Shown: positions 1-12,893, counted from the first letter of the stretch. The stretch is DNA of 64,000 nt from an uncultured Verrucomicrobiae bacterium (GCA_963813025.1 CAWEXO010000011.1:864001-928000); one strand, 5' to 3'. A program made the numbers and translations. The notes: generated by a model from the sequence alone, not told the origin.

Positions 1-1
1 T

Positions 2-271
2 CGGTTAAAAGCCGCTCGGCCCGAAGAACCATTTCGTCTGGATAAGGATTTGCCCAGTCAAAGACTGACTTGCACAGTCAAGGAGTTTAATTTCAGTGCG
101 CATGCTTCGCGCGAAAGTTTGCTGGATTATGTGCGCCTGACGTCGCCTCGTATCGTTTTTCTGGTTCACGGCGACCCTCCTTCGGTCTCCTGGTTCAAGG
201 AAACCATTGATCGTGAAATGCCCGGAACCAAAGCGATTATTCCGGTACCGGGCGAGGTCTATGACGTGTGA
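2..271 (+). CDS. MBL-fold metallo-hydrolase, beta-CASP/RNA-specificity C-terminus (5' partial)
   Basis: Frame is open from the window edge; FNFSAHAS and FLVHGD motifs of the RNA-metabolising metallo-beta-lactamase C-terminal region. Confidence 0.8.
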   Translation, partial: RLKAARPEEPFRLDKDLPSQRLTCTVKEFNFSAHASRESLLDYVRLTSPRIVFLVHGDPPSVSWFKETIDREMPGTKAIIPVPGEVYDV

Positions 272-276
272 TCTGC

Positions 277-496
277 CGGCGCGTCGTGGAGTGCGTGCGA
301 CTTGTCGCCGCTTTGAGACCGCGCGGAGCGCGGCAATCAGCCAGACGGTCTTTTTCGCCGGTGAATCCCACGTTTCGTATTGATTTCCCTGAAATCCTGT
401 TCCGGCTAAGCCACCCTGTGGTTCCGTGCTGAGCCGGGATCGCGCTCCGCGCGATCCTAAAGCGGCGACAAGTCGCACGTACTCCACGACGCGCCG
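277..496. repeat. Palindromic intergenic element with 38-bp inverted repeats (REP/MITE-like)
   Basis: 277-314 cggcgcgtcgtggagtgcgtgcgacttgtcgccgcttt is the reverse complement of 459-496 with 1 mismatch; lies between convergent genes. Confidence 0.85.
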
Positions 497-501
497 CGCC
501 C

Positions 502-1227
502 TTACGAGGGAATCGTCACGTTGGCGTACTTCGACACCGCCCGGCGCGCGAAACGCGGCAGCCAGAGGATGAGCAGAATGGTGGCGATCAGGCTGAGCCC
601 AAGCAGAATGATGGATTCGGAATTATCGACGAAATGCCCGGCAAGCAGAGCCTGGACGCTTCTTTTACCGGCACTACCAAGATGACAGAAAAGGATGACC
701 CCCGGCAGGCTGCCGGCGATCGAAGTGATCAAATATTGATAGAACGGCACACCGGTTAGTCCGTAAAGATAGTTGGCAAGGCCAAAAGGAATGGGACAGA
801 GACGCAAGAGCGCAACGATTTTCCACCCTTCTCGTTCAATCGCGATGTCAATCGCGCGAAAGGTTGGGTGCTTGCGCAGTTGAGCAGCTAAATCGTGCCG
901 GAGGAACGTCCGCGAAAGGATAAACCCGCCTGCAGCGCCGATCGCGATGCCGATGGTCGAAGCAAGGACCCCAGGCCAGAAACCAAAGACCGCCGCGGCG
1001 GTAATGACAAACGGGCTGGCCGGCAAAAAGCAGAGTGAACCAACTGCCAAGAGCACGGCAATCAAGCAAAGCCCAAGTGCGCCGAGCCCGCCAATCCAGC
1101 GATAGGATTGCTGGACCGCAGACAGAACCGGGAAATGGTGCGCCGCCAAAGCCAGGACTGCGACCGCAAAAATGGCGACAAAAAGCTTAATGGTTAGTCG
1201 AGGCACAGAGACAACAACTTTAGGCAA
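502..1227 (-). CDS. TVP38/TMEM64 (VTT/DedA-like, SNARE-associated) membrane protein
   Basis: Hydrophobic ORF with FLPASP..AAAVFG and KIVALLRLCPIPFGLANYLYGLT motifs. Confidence 0.85.
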   Translation of the reverse strand: MPKVVVSVPRLTIKLFVAIFAVAVLALAAHHFPVLSAVQQSYRWIGGLGALGLCLIAVLLAVGSLCFLPASPFVITAAAVFGFWPGVLASTIGIAIGAAGGFILSRTFLRHDLAAQLRKHPTFRAIDIAIEREGWKIVALLRLCPIPFGLANYLYGLTGVPFYQYLITSIAGSLPGVILFCHLGSAGKRSVQALLAGHFVDNSESIILLGLSLIATILLILWLPRFARRAVSKYANVTIPS

Positions 1228-1254
1228 TTTCCGGTATCTTGGTTCCGGCGACCA

Positions 1255-1515
1255 TTACTGCTTAACTATATGGGTATTAACGAGTCGGGTCAGCTCGAAC
1301 ATGTCGACTTCTTTTTTTCCGTTAAAAACCACCTGGAGCGCATCGTCGGCTTTAATCAGCTTCTTATGCTGCAGATGATGCTTCTTGATGTATTCCCAGA
1401 TTTTCTTGGTGAGCTCAGTGCGCGGCAATGGAGCGGAGCCCACGATCTTCGCGAGCGCCTCATCCGGTTGAACGGGCTTCAGGAACGCTCCCTTTGCTTT
1501 ACTTTCGTTAGACAT
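1255..1515 (-). CDS. Stand-alone SWIB/MDM2 domain protein
   Basis: LAKIVG..PLPRTELTKKIWEYIKKHHLQ...IKADDAL..VF...EVDMFEL signature. Confidence 0.9.
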   Translation of the reverse strand: MSNESKAKGAFLKPVQPDEALAKIVGSAPLPRTELTKKIWEYIKKHHLQHKKLIKADDALQVVFNGKKEVDMFELTRLVNTHIVKQ

Positions 1516-1702
1516 AAGATGGCAGTTAAAAGGTGGTCAGAGGGAAATCAACCACAAAGTGACCAGCCCAGCGAGGGAAAAAACGTTCGCCCGAACCGTA
1601 AGAAAAAGGGAATTGGACGCGAGTGAGGCCCCGCCTAAGACCGGCGAGATTTACGGGAAAGAGCCGGCGTAGAGATCCGGCTGGTCCTCGTTTGCGGTCT
1701 CG

Positions 1703-2455
1703 CTAGTTGCGCAGTCTGGCAAAGAGGTCATTCGCAGTCTCCAACGTTTCCCGACTACCGACATCGTACCAGATACCGTTCACGGGAAAGGTAAATACGT
1801 CCAGTTTTCGATAAAGCCATTGGATGAAGCGGCCCGGTTGGTCGGGATTGTTGCCTTCTTTCATGTAGGTCGGCAAAAGACGCAGCGCTTCCGGCCGGTA
1901 ATAATAGAGCGCGATCGCGCACAAGGTACTGGTTGGCTCGGCCGGCTTTTCCTCAAATCCGGTTAGAATGCCGGCCGGATTCGTGGTGAGCTTATTGTAG
2001 CGCTTCGCCTGTTCCAGGTTTTTGACATCAAAAACTCCCACGGTCGCAGGATGCTGCCGCGCAAAATCAGTGAATGCGTCGAGAGGATCGCTGAAGAGAT
2101 TATCTCCAGCCACCACCAGGAGATCGGAATTTCCCAATTGTTCCTGTTGCAGCGCGAAATACATATCCCCAATCGCGCCAAGTTTGTCTGCGTCAGAGAG
2201 GGAGCCGTCATTGATCACCCGCAAATTGATTCGCTGATGAGTCGCCAGGTATTCTTTGGTCCAGTCAATAAAATTCCCGAAGAACTTCGCGTTCGTTACG
2301 ATGTAAATCGTTTCGAGCGAGTCGATCGCGGAAAGCTGGTCGGCTACCCAGCCAACCATGGGTTTTCCCGCTACTTTGAGCAGGGGTTTGGCCTGATTCA
2401 AAGTCAGCGGGTAAAGACGCGTCGCATATCCGGCGGCAAGAATAAGGGCATTCAT
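1703..2455 (-). CDS. Sugar-phosphate nucleotidyltransferase family protein
   Basis: ILAAGYATRLYPLT..KPLL, VVAGDNL, FEEKP, WYDVGS motifs; start taken at ATG 2455. Confidence 0.9.
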   Translation of the reverse strand: MNALILAAGYATRLYPLTLNQAKPLLKVAGKPMVGWVADQLSAIDSLETIYIVTNAKFFGNFIDWTKEYLATHQRINLRVINDGSLSDADKLGAIGDMYFALQQEQLGNSDLLVVAGDNLFSDPLDAFTDFARQHPATVGVFDVKNLEQAKRYNKLTTNPAGILTGFEEKPAEPTSTLCAIALYYYRPEALRLLPTYMKEGNNPDQPGRFIQWLYRKLDVFTFPVNGIWYDVGSRETLETANDLFARLRN

Positions 2456-2605
2456 CGGAGAGATTCTAGCCTGCCTGTCTAACAAATCTTAAGGGATTTG
2501 TGCGGCGGTCGGGCGGATGGCCGCCAAGATACGGACGATGCCGTCCGCCTCCGTTCCCGCTTCGCGGGACTACGGCGCGACAAGTTCCGCGCCGCCCGCA
2601 GAACC

Positions 2606-3790
2606 TCAGGCCAGGTAATCGGCGAAAAGTCCGCCTAAGGCGGCTACGGTATGCTCGATTCGAAAGTCGCCTTGGGCGCGTTGCCTGGAAGCAGTACCGT
2701 AGAGCTGGCGGAGGGTGGGTTCGCGAATCAGCTGTCGGATAGCGGAGGCCAGCGCGGGTATGTCCTTCTCTGGCACGAGGAGGCCATTCTCTCCGTTGGC
2801 GACCAGTTCCGGGATACCGGCTACCCTGGTCGAAATGATGGGCAACGCAGCTGCCATTGCCTCGACGATAACCGTCGGCAGGTTGTCGCTGTCGCCTTGC
2901 TGGTCATGAATGCAAGGCAAGACAAAAATCTGGGCGCTGGCTAGTTCATCGACAATCTCCGCCTGCGTTTTTTCGCCGGCCAGGCTCACCGTTTCTGACA
3001 GCTGATGATGCTCGATGACGCGCTGGAGTTCAGACTGCAAAGGCCCAGCGCCGACAATTCGCAGTGTAAATCGGTGAGTCTGTTCCTTGGCGAGAAGAGC
3101 GCATGCCTCAATTAGCTGGCGGAACCCTTTCTTCTCGATCAATCGACCGATGGTCACGAGCTTTACCGGCTCAGTCCCTGTCCGCGCTTCTTTAAAGCGC
3201 GAAAGATCCAGACCGTTGTAAATCCGATGGATCTTTCCGGCCGCCAGAGGAACGAGTTTGCTCAGAAAAGCTGAGCCATAGTCGCTGACCGCAACGACAA
3301 AGCGGGCGTCCCGGATCAATTGCTCGAGCGGCACACGCTCGTCCGATTTTGCACAGAAAATATCGTTAGCATGACCGGTCACACTGTAGGTGATCCCGAA
3401 GAGCCGCCGGATCCACCACGCTGTCCTGGCCGCCAGCGCAGCAAAATGCACGTGCAAATGCCCTACACCCTGCGCTCGCAGACTGGCTCCGAGGTAAATT
3501 GCTTCGTAGTATCGGTTTTTGTCGCGGAGATCGTCGTTCTGGCGCCAGAGCGACCGCAGCTTGGGTGAGACCAGTTTGGTTCGCAATTTGAACCGGAGGC
3601 TGTTGGTGTCCGGCAAGTAAGTAATCGGCACGTGATCCAGAGCAATGTTGATCGGGCGGGGATCGGTCGGCCGGCGGATCGAGAACACTGGTATTTTCAG
3701 CCCTTGCCGGTGAAGTTCGGCAACCTCGCGAGCGCAGAAGGTCTGGGTAAACGCAGGGAAACGTTCGAAAAGGTAGGCGAAGGTTTTCAA
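2606..3790 (-). CDS. Glycosyltransferase family 4 (GT-B)
   Basis: YLFERFP..TQTF, HVHFA, IGRLIEKKG, DNLPTVIVEAMAA motifs; start at TTG 3790 is uncertain. Confidence 0.88.
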   Translation of the reverse strand: MKTFAYLFERFPAFTQTFCAREVAELHRQGLKIPVFSIRRPTDPRPINIALDHVPITYLPDTNSLRFKLRTKLVSPKLRSLWRQNDDLRDKNRYYEAIYLGASLRAQGVGHLHVHFAALAARTAWWIRRLFGITYSVTGHANDIFCAKSDERVPLEQLIRDARFVVAVSDYGSAFLSKLVPLAAGKIHRIYNGLDLSRFKEARTGTEPVKLVTIGRLIEKKGFRQLIEACALLAKEQTHRFTLRIVGAGPLQSELQRVIEHHQLSETVSLAGEKTQAEIVDELASAQIFVLPCIHDQQGDSDNLPTVIVEAMAAALPIISTRVAGIPELVANGENGLLVPEKDIPALASAIRQLIREPTLRQLYGTASRQRAQGDFRIEHTVAALGGLFADYLA

Positions 3791-4033
3791 GGGCGCGTAG
3801 GATCGGCATCCTTGCCGGTTCAAAGAAGAGCTGACAAGCTGGAAGCTTATCCTCCATGCGCGATTTCGCGAGTAGCGCGGGCACGCGCTTGTGAAAAATT
3901 TCACAAAACCGCTTGCAACCCTTTTGAGGCATTGCTTTGATAGCAGCGGTTACCCTCCATCGGCCGGTCAGGATTTGTCCTGCTCACTTGAGCTTCAGAC
4001 CGCCTGTCCCTACGTCTGGAGGGTGGATCTGTT

Positions 4034-4888
4034 ATGCCGATAACCTACTTTCTGGGCGCGGAGCAGCTGACCGTACAGGCAAATCCGTTGTTACCCGATT
4101 TTGGCTGGTTCACCAACTCACTGCTGGTGACCGTCATCGTCACGGTATTGATCCTGATTTGGGCTCGTCTCTCGACCCGCCGCATGGAACTGGTGCCCAT
4201 GGCGAACCAGAACCTTTTTGAGACCCTGGTGGAAACGCTCTACAACCTTTTCGAGAGCGTCGTCGGACGCCGGATGGTCGGCAAGACATTCCCGCTATTA
4301 TCAACCCTTTTCATCTTTATCCTGGCTGCCAACTGGTTCGGGTTGATCCCCGGAGTGGGGACGATCGGATTTGGCAAACCCGGACCGGGTATCCTTTCAC
4401 TCGAGGAGTTGCACGATCCTTTGCTCCGTCCTTCGAACGCCGACCTGAATATGACGCTCGGCATGGCGGTCTTTTTTATGATCATGTGGGTTTTCTGGAC
4501 GGTGAAAGAGGTAGGGGTGATTGGCTTCTTTAAACATATCTTTGCTCCAAAGGGCGGGGTTAAAGGCATTCTGTGGGCGTTGCTCTTGCCTCTTTTCATC
4601 TTTGTCGGGTTGATCGAACTGGTCTCGATTGCGATCCGACCAGTTTCCCTTTCCCTGCGATTATTCGGCAACATTTTTGCCGGAGAAACTCTGCTTCATA
4701 CGATGACGGATCTGGGGCGGCAGCTGCCGTTTGGGTTAGGCTGGATTTTCTCGATCGTGTTTCCCCTACCTTTCTATTTTATGGAGCTACTGGTGGGGGT
4801 GCTGCAGGCGTTCGTCTTCGCGATGCTCTGCGCGGTCTATATCAAGCTGTCGACCGCGGACGAATCAGGCGAGGAAGCCGGCCACTGA
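4034..4888 (+). CDS. atpB: F0 ATP synthase subunit a
   Basis: RPVSLSLRLFGNIFAGE, ELLVGVLQAFVF motifs; first gene of the atp cluster. Confidence 0.97.
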   Translation: MPITYFLGAEQLTVQANPLLPDFGWFTNSLLVTVIVTVLILIWARLSTRRMELVPMANQNLFETLVETLYNLFESVVGRRMVGKTFPLLSTLFIFILAANWFGLIPGVGTIGFGKPGPGILSLEELHDPLLRPSNADLNMTLGMAVFFMIMWVFWTVKEVGVIGFFKHIFAPKGGVKGILWALLLPLFIFVGLIELVSIAIRPVSLSLRLFGNIFAGETLLHTMTDLGRQLPFGLGWIFSIVFPLPFYFMELLVGVLQAFVFAMLCAVYIKLSTADESGEEAGH

Positions 4889-4973
4889 CACAGACGATTT
4901 CCCGTCGAGACCATGCTACGCGTGGGCGGCGGACACGAGAAACAACAAAAAAAAGAAGGAAGAAAATAAAAAC

Positions 4974-5210
4974 ATGTTGGAGATAGTTCCAATGGTAGCC
5001 CAGGTATCTGGAAACGTCGGCGCAACCCTCCCCCTGGCTTTTGCTGGGCTAGGCGCGGGGATCGGCGTCGGAATTTGTGGAGGGAAAGCCGCCGAGGCGG
5101 TCGGACGCAACCCGAGTGCTTTCGGAAACATTCTGGTCATGGCGATCATCGGAATGGCTCTGGCCGAAGCGATCGCAATCTACGGGTTGATCATTGCATT
5201 CACGCATTAA
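4974..5210 (+). CDS. atpE: F0 ATP synthase subunit c
   Basis: GAGIGVG glycine stripe, GRNP loop, ALAEAIAIY carboxylate. Confidence 0.97.
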   Translation: MLEIVPMVAQVSGNVGATLPLAFAGLGAGIGVGICGGKAAEAVGRNPSAFGNILVMAIIGMALAEAIAIYGLIIAFTH

Positions 5211-5288
5211 TTACGAATGTTAAGGGCTGCGGCGCTACCGCAGCCCGACCTTGCCAAGAGGTTCGCCCACAAAAAGGCTATTGAGATT

Positions 5289-5789
5289 ATGGAAAAGATC
5301 TCCCAGCAATTTGGAGTTTACTGGCCGAATCTTCTGGCCCAGGTGATTGTTTTTATCATCGTTTACCTTGTCCTTTCCCGGTACGCCTTCAAACCGGTGG
5401 TTGCGATGCTGGAGGAGCGCCGTCGCCGCATCGAGGAAGGACAGATCAATGCCGAAAAGATTCGCCAGCAATTGGCCGAAGCACAGACCAAATACGAAGA
5501 GGTGCTCGCGCGGGCCAATGCGGAAGCACAACGGCTGATCGAAGAAGTGCGCACCAGCGGCGATCGTTTGGCCGAACAGAAACGCCAACAAGCGTTGCTT
5601 GAGGCTGAGCAGATTGCGACCAAAGCGCGGGAATCCATGGCACTCGAGCGTGAACGGCTGATGAGCGAATTGAAGAAGGAAGTCGGCCGATTGGTCATCG
5701 ATACAACGACCAAGGTTACCGGCAAGGTGCTGACGCCGGAAGACCGGCAACGGATAAGCGAAGAAGCGGCGCGCGACGTGGCCGCTTAG
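5289..5789 (+). CDS. atpF: F0 ATP synthase subunit b
   Basis: N-terminal TM helix, FKPV..MLEERR, coiled coil; start at 5289 preferred over 5217. Confidence 0.93.
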   Translation: MEKISQQFGVYWPNLLAQVIVFIIVYLVLSRYAFKPVVAMLEERRRRIEEGQINAEKIRQQLAEAQTKYEEVLARANAEAQRLIEEVRTSGDRLAEQKRQQALLEAEQIATKARESMALERERLMSELKKEVGRLVIDTTTKVTGKVLTPEDRQRISEEAARDVAA

Positions 5790-5808
5790 GGGCTTCGGCT
5801 GGTTTGCC

Positions 5809-6201
5809 ATGAGAGCCTCAAAAGATGCGCGAAAATTATCGCGTCAACTCCTGAAAAACAGTTTTAGCGACGGAAAATTGAATCAAGAAAAAGTCTCACA
5901 AATGGTTAACAGTGTTTTGACTGATCGGCCGCGGGGCTACGTGGATGTCCTTAAGGATTACCAGCGCTTGGTGCGTCTGGAGGTAGAGAAGAGGCAGGCG
6001 GTGGTCGAAAGTGCGACTTCATTGAACCCGGCATTGCGCGATCAAGTGCTGGCGAAGCTTCGGCAACGCTACGGTGACGACGTCACTACGGAGTTTCGCA
6101 TTAACCCAGAACTTTTAGCCGGGCTGCGAATCAAGATTGGTGATGACGTCTGGGATGGATCAGTTCAAACGCGGTTGAACCGGCTGAAAGAACAAATCTA
6201 G
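5809..6201 (+). CDS. atpH: F1 ATP synthase subunit delta (short form)
   Basis: VESA..L, NPELLAGLRIKIGDDVWDGSV C-terminal motif; position between atpF and atpA. Confidence 0.9.
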   Translation: MRASKDARKLSRQLLKNSFSDGKLNQEKVSQMVNSVLTDRPRGYVDVLKDYQRLVRLEVEKRQAVVESATSLNPALRDQVLAKLRQRYGDDVTTEFRINPELLAGLRIKIGDDVWDGSVQTRLNRLKEQI

Positions 6202-6207
6202 GAGCCT

Positions 6208-7743
6208 ATGAGCGAAATCTTGCAAGAACTTGAAACCACCATTGCCGGGCTGCGGACCGATACAAGCAAGACCAATGTCGGCGTAGTCCGGGAAATCGGT
6301 GACGGGGTCGCCCGAATCGAAGGATTGAGCGATGTCATGCTCAACGAGATGCTGGAATTCCCCGGCGGTACCTATGGACTTGCCCTCAACCTCGAGGAAA
6401 CTGAGGTCGGCGCTATCGTACTGGGCAGCTACGAGGAAATCTCGGAAGGTACCGAGGTGCGCACGACCGGTCGTTTGCTCTCGGTACCGGTCGGCAAAGG
6501 TTTGCTCGGAAGAGTAGTGAATGTTCTTGGGCAGCCAATCGACGGAAAAGGTCCGATTAAATCCGAGGAAACCTACCCGGTGGAAAAGATCGCTCCGGGC
6601 ATCATCAAGCGTCGCCCGGTATCAGTGCCGGTCCAGACAGGAATTCTGCCGATTGATGCGATGATTCCGATCGGACGGGGTCAACGCGAGCTGATCATCG
6701 GCGACCGGGCAACCGGGAAGTCAACCGTCGCGATCGACACGATCATCAATCAGGCTCGATTGAATCGCTCGGCGGAAGAGGGTAGCAACAAACAGCACAG
6801 CCCGTTGTACTGCATCTATGTAGCGATCGGCCAAAAGAGTATGAGCGTCGCGCGAACAGTCGATATCCTCGACAAAGCCGGAGCGCTGGACAACACGATC
6901 GTGATTTCTGCGCCGGCGGCGGATAGCGCGACCAACCAGTATCTGGCTCCGTACGCCGGGGCCGCCATGGGCGAATGGTTTATGGACCGCGGGATGGATG
7001 CTCTGATTGTGTTCGACGATCTGACCAAACACGCCGCCGCATACCGGCAGGTCTCCTTGATCTTGAAGCGCCCGTCCGGACGCGAAGCCTACCCTGGAGA
7101 TGTTTTCTATCTGCATTCCCGGCTGCTGGAGCGGAGTGCTCGTTTGAGTAAAGAGGCGGGAGGGGGATCTTTGACGGCCTTGCCAATCATTGAAACGCAG
7201 GCAGGGGATGTCTCCGCTTACATCCCCACCAACGTTATTTCGATTACCGATGGCCAAATTTACTTGGAAACCGACCTGTTCTATCAAGGAGTTCGGCCGG
7301 CGATTTCTGTAGGTATCTCCGTGAGCCGGGTTGGATCTGCCGCCCAGATCAAAGCGATCAAGCAGGTGGCCGGCTCCACCAAGCTGGATCTCGCGCAGTT
7401 CCGCGATTTGCAGGCATTCGCGCAGTTCGGTTCCGATGTGGACCCCGGGACCAGAAAAAAATTAGATCGCGGTCAGCGGATTGTTGAGTTGTTTAAACAG
7501 GTTCAATATAACCCGATCGCGGTGGAGATGGAAGTCGTCGTGCTTTTTGCTATGCAAAAAGGCTATTTCGATGATGTGCCAGTCGACAAGATCAGGGATT
7601 GCAAGGCTAAGTTAATCGAGTATTTCCAAACACGCAAAGAAGACGTGCTTAAGGAAATTCTGGCCAAATCGGCCATCGACAAGGATCTGGACGAAAAGCT
7701 GCACGCCGCCGTCAAGGACTTTAAGACTTTCTACAAACCGTAG
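6208..7743 (+). CDS. atpA: F1 ATP synthase subunit alpha
   Basis: [38 protein letters not shown]. Confidence 0.99.
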   Translation: MSEILQELETTIAGLRTDTSKTNVGVVREIGDGVARIEGLSDVMLNEMLEFPGGTYGLALNLEETEVGAIVLGSYEEISEGTEVRTTGRLLSVPVGKGLLGRVVNVLGQPIDGKGPIKSEETYPVEKIAPGIIKRRPVSVPVQTGILPIDAMIPIGRGQRELIIGDRATGKSTVAIDTIINQARLNRSAEEGSNKQHSPLYCIYVAIGQKSMSVARTVDILDKAGALDNTIVISAPAADSATNQYLAPYAGAAMGEWFMDRGMDALIVFDDLTKHAAAYRQVSLILKRPSGREAYPGDVFYLHSRLLERSARLSKEAGGGSLTALPIIETQAGDVSAYIPTNVISITDGQIYLETDLFYQGVRPAISVGISVSRVGSAAQIKAIKQVAGSTKLDLAQFRDLQAFAQFGSDVDPGTRKKLDRGQRIVELFKQVQYNPIAVEMEVVVLFAMQKGYFDDVPVDKIRDCKAKLIEYFQTRKEDVLKEILAKSAIDKDLDEKLHAAVKDFKTFYKP

Positions 7744-7764
7744 CGCCGCGGCGCTCCCCCTCGT

Positions 7765-10030
<2,266 letters not shown>

Positions 10031-10035
10031 GCGAG

Positions 10036-10449
10036 GTGGCCACGTTGCGCTTAGAGATCGTTACACCCGGCGAAAAGACGTATTCCGAGGACGTCGACAT
10101 GGTCGTGGTTCCGGGAATTGAAGGTGAACTTGGCGTGCTTCCCATGCACGTGCCGCTCATGACGCAGCTCTTGCCGGGACCTATTCGCATTCTAAAGGGC
10201 GGACAGGAAACAGTACTGGTCATCGGCAGCGGATTCGCGGAAATCCTGCCACAGAGCGTCTCGATACTGACGGATATGGCCGTCGCGGATCAGAACATTG
10301 ACGAGCAATCGGCCGAGGAGGCGGTAAAGAGAGCTGAAGAAGCGCTTCGTCAGCGGGATCTTGAACCCGACGATGCCGCAGAGGTGGAAGCGGCTCTTGC
10401 GCGGAACCTTGCTCAACTGCGATTCAAGCGGCGCCGAAGGAACGCGTAA
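10036..10449 (+). CDS. atpC: F1 ATP synthase subunit epsilon
   Basis: LEIVTP, PGIEGELGVLPMH; GTG start. Confidence 0.96.
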   Translation: MATLRLEIVTPGEKTYSEDVDMVVVPGIEGELGVLPMHVPLMTQLLPGPIRILKGGQETVLVIGSGFAEILPQSVSILTDMAVADQNIDEQSAEEAVKRAEEALRQRDLEPDDAAEVEAALARNLAQLRFKRRRRNA

Positions 10450-10451
10450 AG

Positions 10452-11735
10452 TCAAAAACGGATCTGAACCGAGCGACCGTGCGCGGCTAATTGCTCCGTT
10501 TCGCTCATTAGTTGCAGGGTGCGCGCGGAGCGATCCAATGCCCCGCGGCTATATTCGATGATACTCGTGCGGCGTTGAAACTGATCTGCGGTCAATCCGC
10601 CAAACGACTTGGCTGCTCCCCCGGTGGGTAATTCGTGGCTTGGTCCGGCGAGAAAATCTCCCGCGGCGACCGGAGAGTATGGGCCGATGAAAATCGCGCC
10701 CGCAGTGCGGATCTCCTTGGCGATAGCCCAAGCGTCCTCCGTCACAATGGAAAGATGTTCCGGAGCAAAATTGTTTGCAGTTTCGATCATCGACGCGCGG
10801 TCCGGCACAAGCAGACCGAACGCGTTCTCTTGCAGGACTGCTTGAATCAGCGACGCTCGAGGGAGGCCCGCGGTTTGGCGGTTAAGCTCAGCGTTGACGG
10901 AACTAGCGAGCGTTCGCGAGGTAGTCACGAACCCGGCAATGCTGCCTCTTCCGTGCTCGGCTTGCGCCAGCAGGTCGGCCGCGACCCAGGCCGGGTTGGC
11001 CGTTTCGTCCGCCAGCACCAGGATTTCGCTGGGTCCTGGCAAAAGATCAACTGCGACAAAGCCGAAGACTTGCCGTTTCGCTTCCGTGACGTAAGCGTTG
11101 CCCGGTCCGAAAATTTTGTCGACCGGCGCAACCGTTTCGGTACCGAATGCCAAGCTCCCGATCGCTTGCGCCCCTCCGAATTTGTAAACCTCGGTGGCAC
11201 CTGTTATCTGGAGCGCGGCCAGGAGATGAGGGTTCATGCTTTTACTGTGACCAACGGGAGATGTTACGACGACCTGTGGAACGCCGATGGCGCTGGCAAT
11301 CGCGACTGTCATGATCGCGGACGAGACAAGGGGTGCCGTACCGGCCGGCACATAGATCCCCACCCGATCGAAGGGGAGAAATCGTTCTCCGACAATCGCG
11401 CCCTGAGCGTTCTCCGCGATCCAATCTGTTCTTCGGCTCCGTTTGGCGAATTCCTGGACATTGAGCTTGGATGCTTCCAGGGCGTCGCGTACTTCAGGCT
11501 CGAGCTGGCCCAGCGCGGTTCGCATCTCTTCATCGGGAACTCGAAACTCCGCCGGCTCGAGCTTTACCTGATCGAATTGAAAGATATAGCGAGCCGTCCC
11601 CTCATCACCTTGTTCTTGAACATCCCGCAGAATCTGACGCACCTTCTCGACCACTTCTGGCTCGGGGACATACCGTCGATTCAGGCGACCTGGCCAAGAG
11701 TTGTCTTGGATCGTAGAAGTATCGATGATTCTCAT
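10452..11735 (-). CDS. hisD: Histidinol dehydrogenase
   Basis: GIYVPAG, GGAQAI, GPGNAYV, GPSE, DLLAQAEH, APEHL, GPSHELPT. Confidence 0.97.
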   Translation of the reverse strand: MRIIDTSTIQDNSWPGRLNRRYVPEPEVVEKVRQILRDVQEQGDEGTARYIFQFDQVKLEPAEFRVPDEEMRTALGQLEPEVRDALEASKLNVQEFAKRSRRTDWIAENAQGAIVGERFLPFDRVGIYVPAGTAPLVSSAIMTVAIASAIGVPQVVVTSPVGHSKSMNPHLLAALQITGATEVYKFGGAQAIGSLAFGTETVAPVDKIFGPGNAYVTEAKRQVFGFVAVDLLPGPSEILVLADETANPAWVAADLLAQAEHGRGSIAGFVTTSRTLASSVNAELNRQTAGLPRASLIQAVLQENAFGLLVPDRASMIETANNFAPEHLSIVTEDAWAIAKEIRTAGAIFIGPYSPVAAGDFLAGPSHELPTGGAAKSFGGLTADQFQRRTSIIEYSRGALDRSARTLQLMSETEQLAAHGRSVQIRF

Positions 11736-11867
11736 TGGAAAATAATGTAGTGCCGGGATGCGGACCGCGCGTATCGTGGAGAGCTTAACAACAACGTTTT
11801 AAATTCTTTTTTGGGCTGACCCAGTGCCAAAGGTCGGCGCTCTCCCGAACTTCTTTCGCTCTTTCCG

Positions 11868-12893
11868 ATGAACAAGGCCCTGATTCGCACCTTCCAAGCA
11901 GTCTTTACAATCGGAATCCTGATTTGGCTTTTCCATGATCCGCAGAAGCGCGGTCAAATGGCCGCGGCTTTTGGGCGGGCCGACGTGCGCTGGTTGATCC
12001 TCGGCCTGCCGATAGCCTTGGTGGGCGAGGTCGCCAACATCGCGCGCTGGCAGATCCTGATGCGAGTGCAAGGTATGTACATGACCTGGCGGCGCGCCAC
12101 GATGCTGTTTTTTATTGGCTTATTTTTCAACCTTTTCATGCCGGGCTATACCGGCGGCGATTTTGCCCGCCTTTACTATTTGATGCGGGAGTTTCCCGAA
12201 AAGCGGAAAGAGGCGGTCCTGACGATTGCCATGGACCGCCTGATCGGCATCGCGGCTCTCATGCTGACGGCCGTCCTCACCACGAGCCTGCGTTGGGAAT
12301 GGCTGCAAAAAACGCCCCAGGCGGCTGTACTGCTTTGGGTCCTGATCTTCATGCTGATCGGTTTCGCCGTACTGATGGTTGGTTCATTTCTGATTAGCGG
12401 ACTCAAACTTGCGAACCGGCTCCCACAGCATTTCCCACTCCGGGAGATGTTGATCGAAATCTCCGACGCGTACCGGCTCTTCCAGAAGGCAAAGACGTCA
12501 CTGCTTTGGGCTCTCCTCCTCTCGTTCCCGATCCTTTTCTCCTTTTACGGTGCCTTTTATTGTGCGGCGCGAGCGTATGCCGCGGGGGTATCGTTACTCG
12601 ACATGTTCACGATCATGCCAATCGTGACCGCCATCATTTCGTTACCGATTACTCCGAGCGGCATCGGTTTTCGGGAATCGCTGATTGAGATTTTGCTCAG
12701 AGATCTTTGCTCTGTCCCGGGCGAGGTTGGGGTCTTGATCTCGCTGGTTGGCTTTTCTTTTTTTGTCCTCTTTGGGATTGTCGGGGGCGTTATCTATCTT
12801 TTCTACGCCCCGAAGAAGCACGCGCGCTGGAGCGATATGCAGATGGCCGTGGACGAAGCACACCAGACTTCCGAGAAGCGCACGGTTGATTGA
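11868..12893 (+). CDS. Lysylphosphatidylglycerol-synthase TM domain (flippase-like, UPF0104) protein
   Basis: RW..L, IGLFFNLFMPG..GGD..R, DRLIG, LPITPSGIGFRE motifs. Confidence 0.85.
   Translation: MNKALIRTFQAVFTIGILIWLFHDPQKRGQMAAAFGRADVRWLILGLPIALVGEVANIARWQILMRVQGMYMTWRRATMLFFIGLFFNLFMPGYTGGDFARLYYLMREFPEKRKEAVLTIAMDRLIGIAALMLTAVLTTSLRWEWLQKTPQAAVLLWVLIFMLIGFAVLMVGSFLISGLKLANRLPQHFPLREMLIEISDAYRLFQKAKTSLLWALLLSFPILFSFYGAFYCAARAYAAGVSLLDMFTIMPIVTAIISLPITPSGIGFRESLIEILLRDLCSVPGEVGVLISLVGFSFFVLFGIVGGVIYLFYAPKKHARWSDMQMAVDEAHQTSEKRTVD

Noticed and set aside
2545..2586. Hairpin ccgttcccgcttcgcgggactacgg followed by cgcgacaag as another repeat copy
   Set aside because: Similarity to the other families is too short to support from this window alone
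10635..11750. 371-aa plus-strand ORF and other long antisense ORFs
   Set aside because: Shadow frames of well-supported genes (hisD, atp, RND) in GC-rich DNA, with no recognisable motifs
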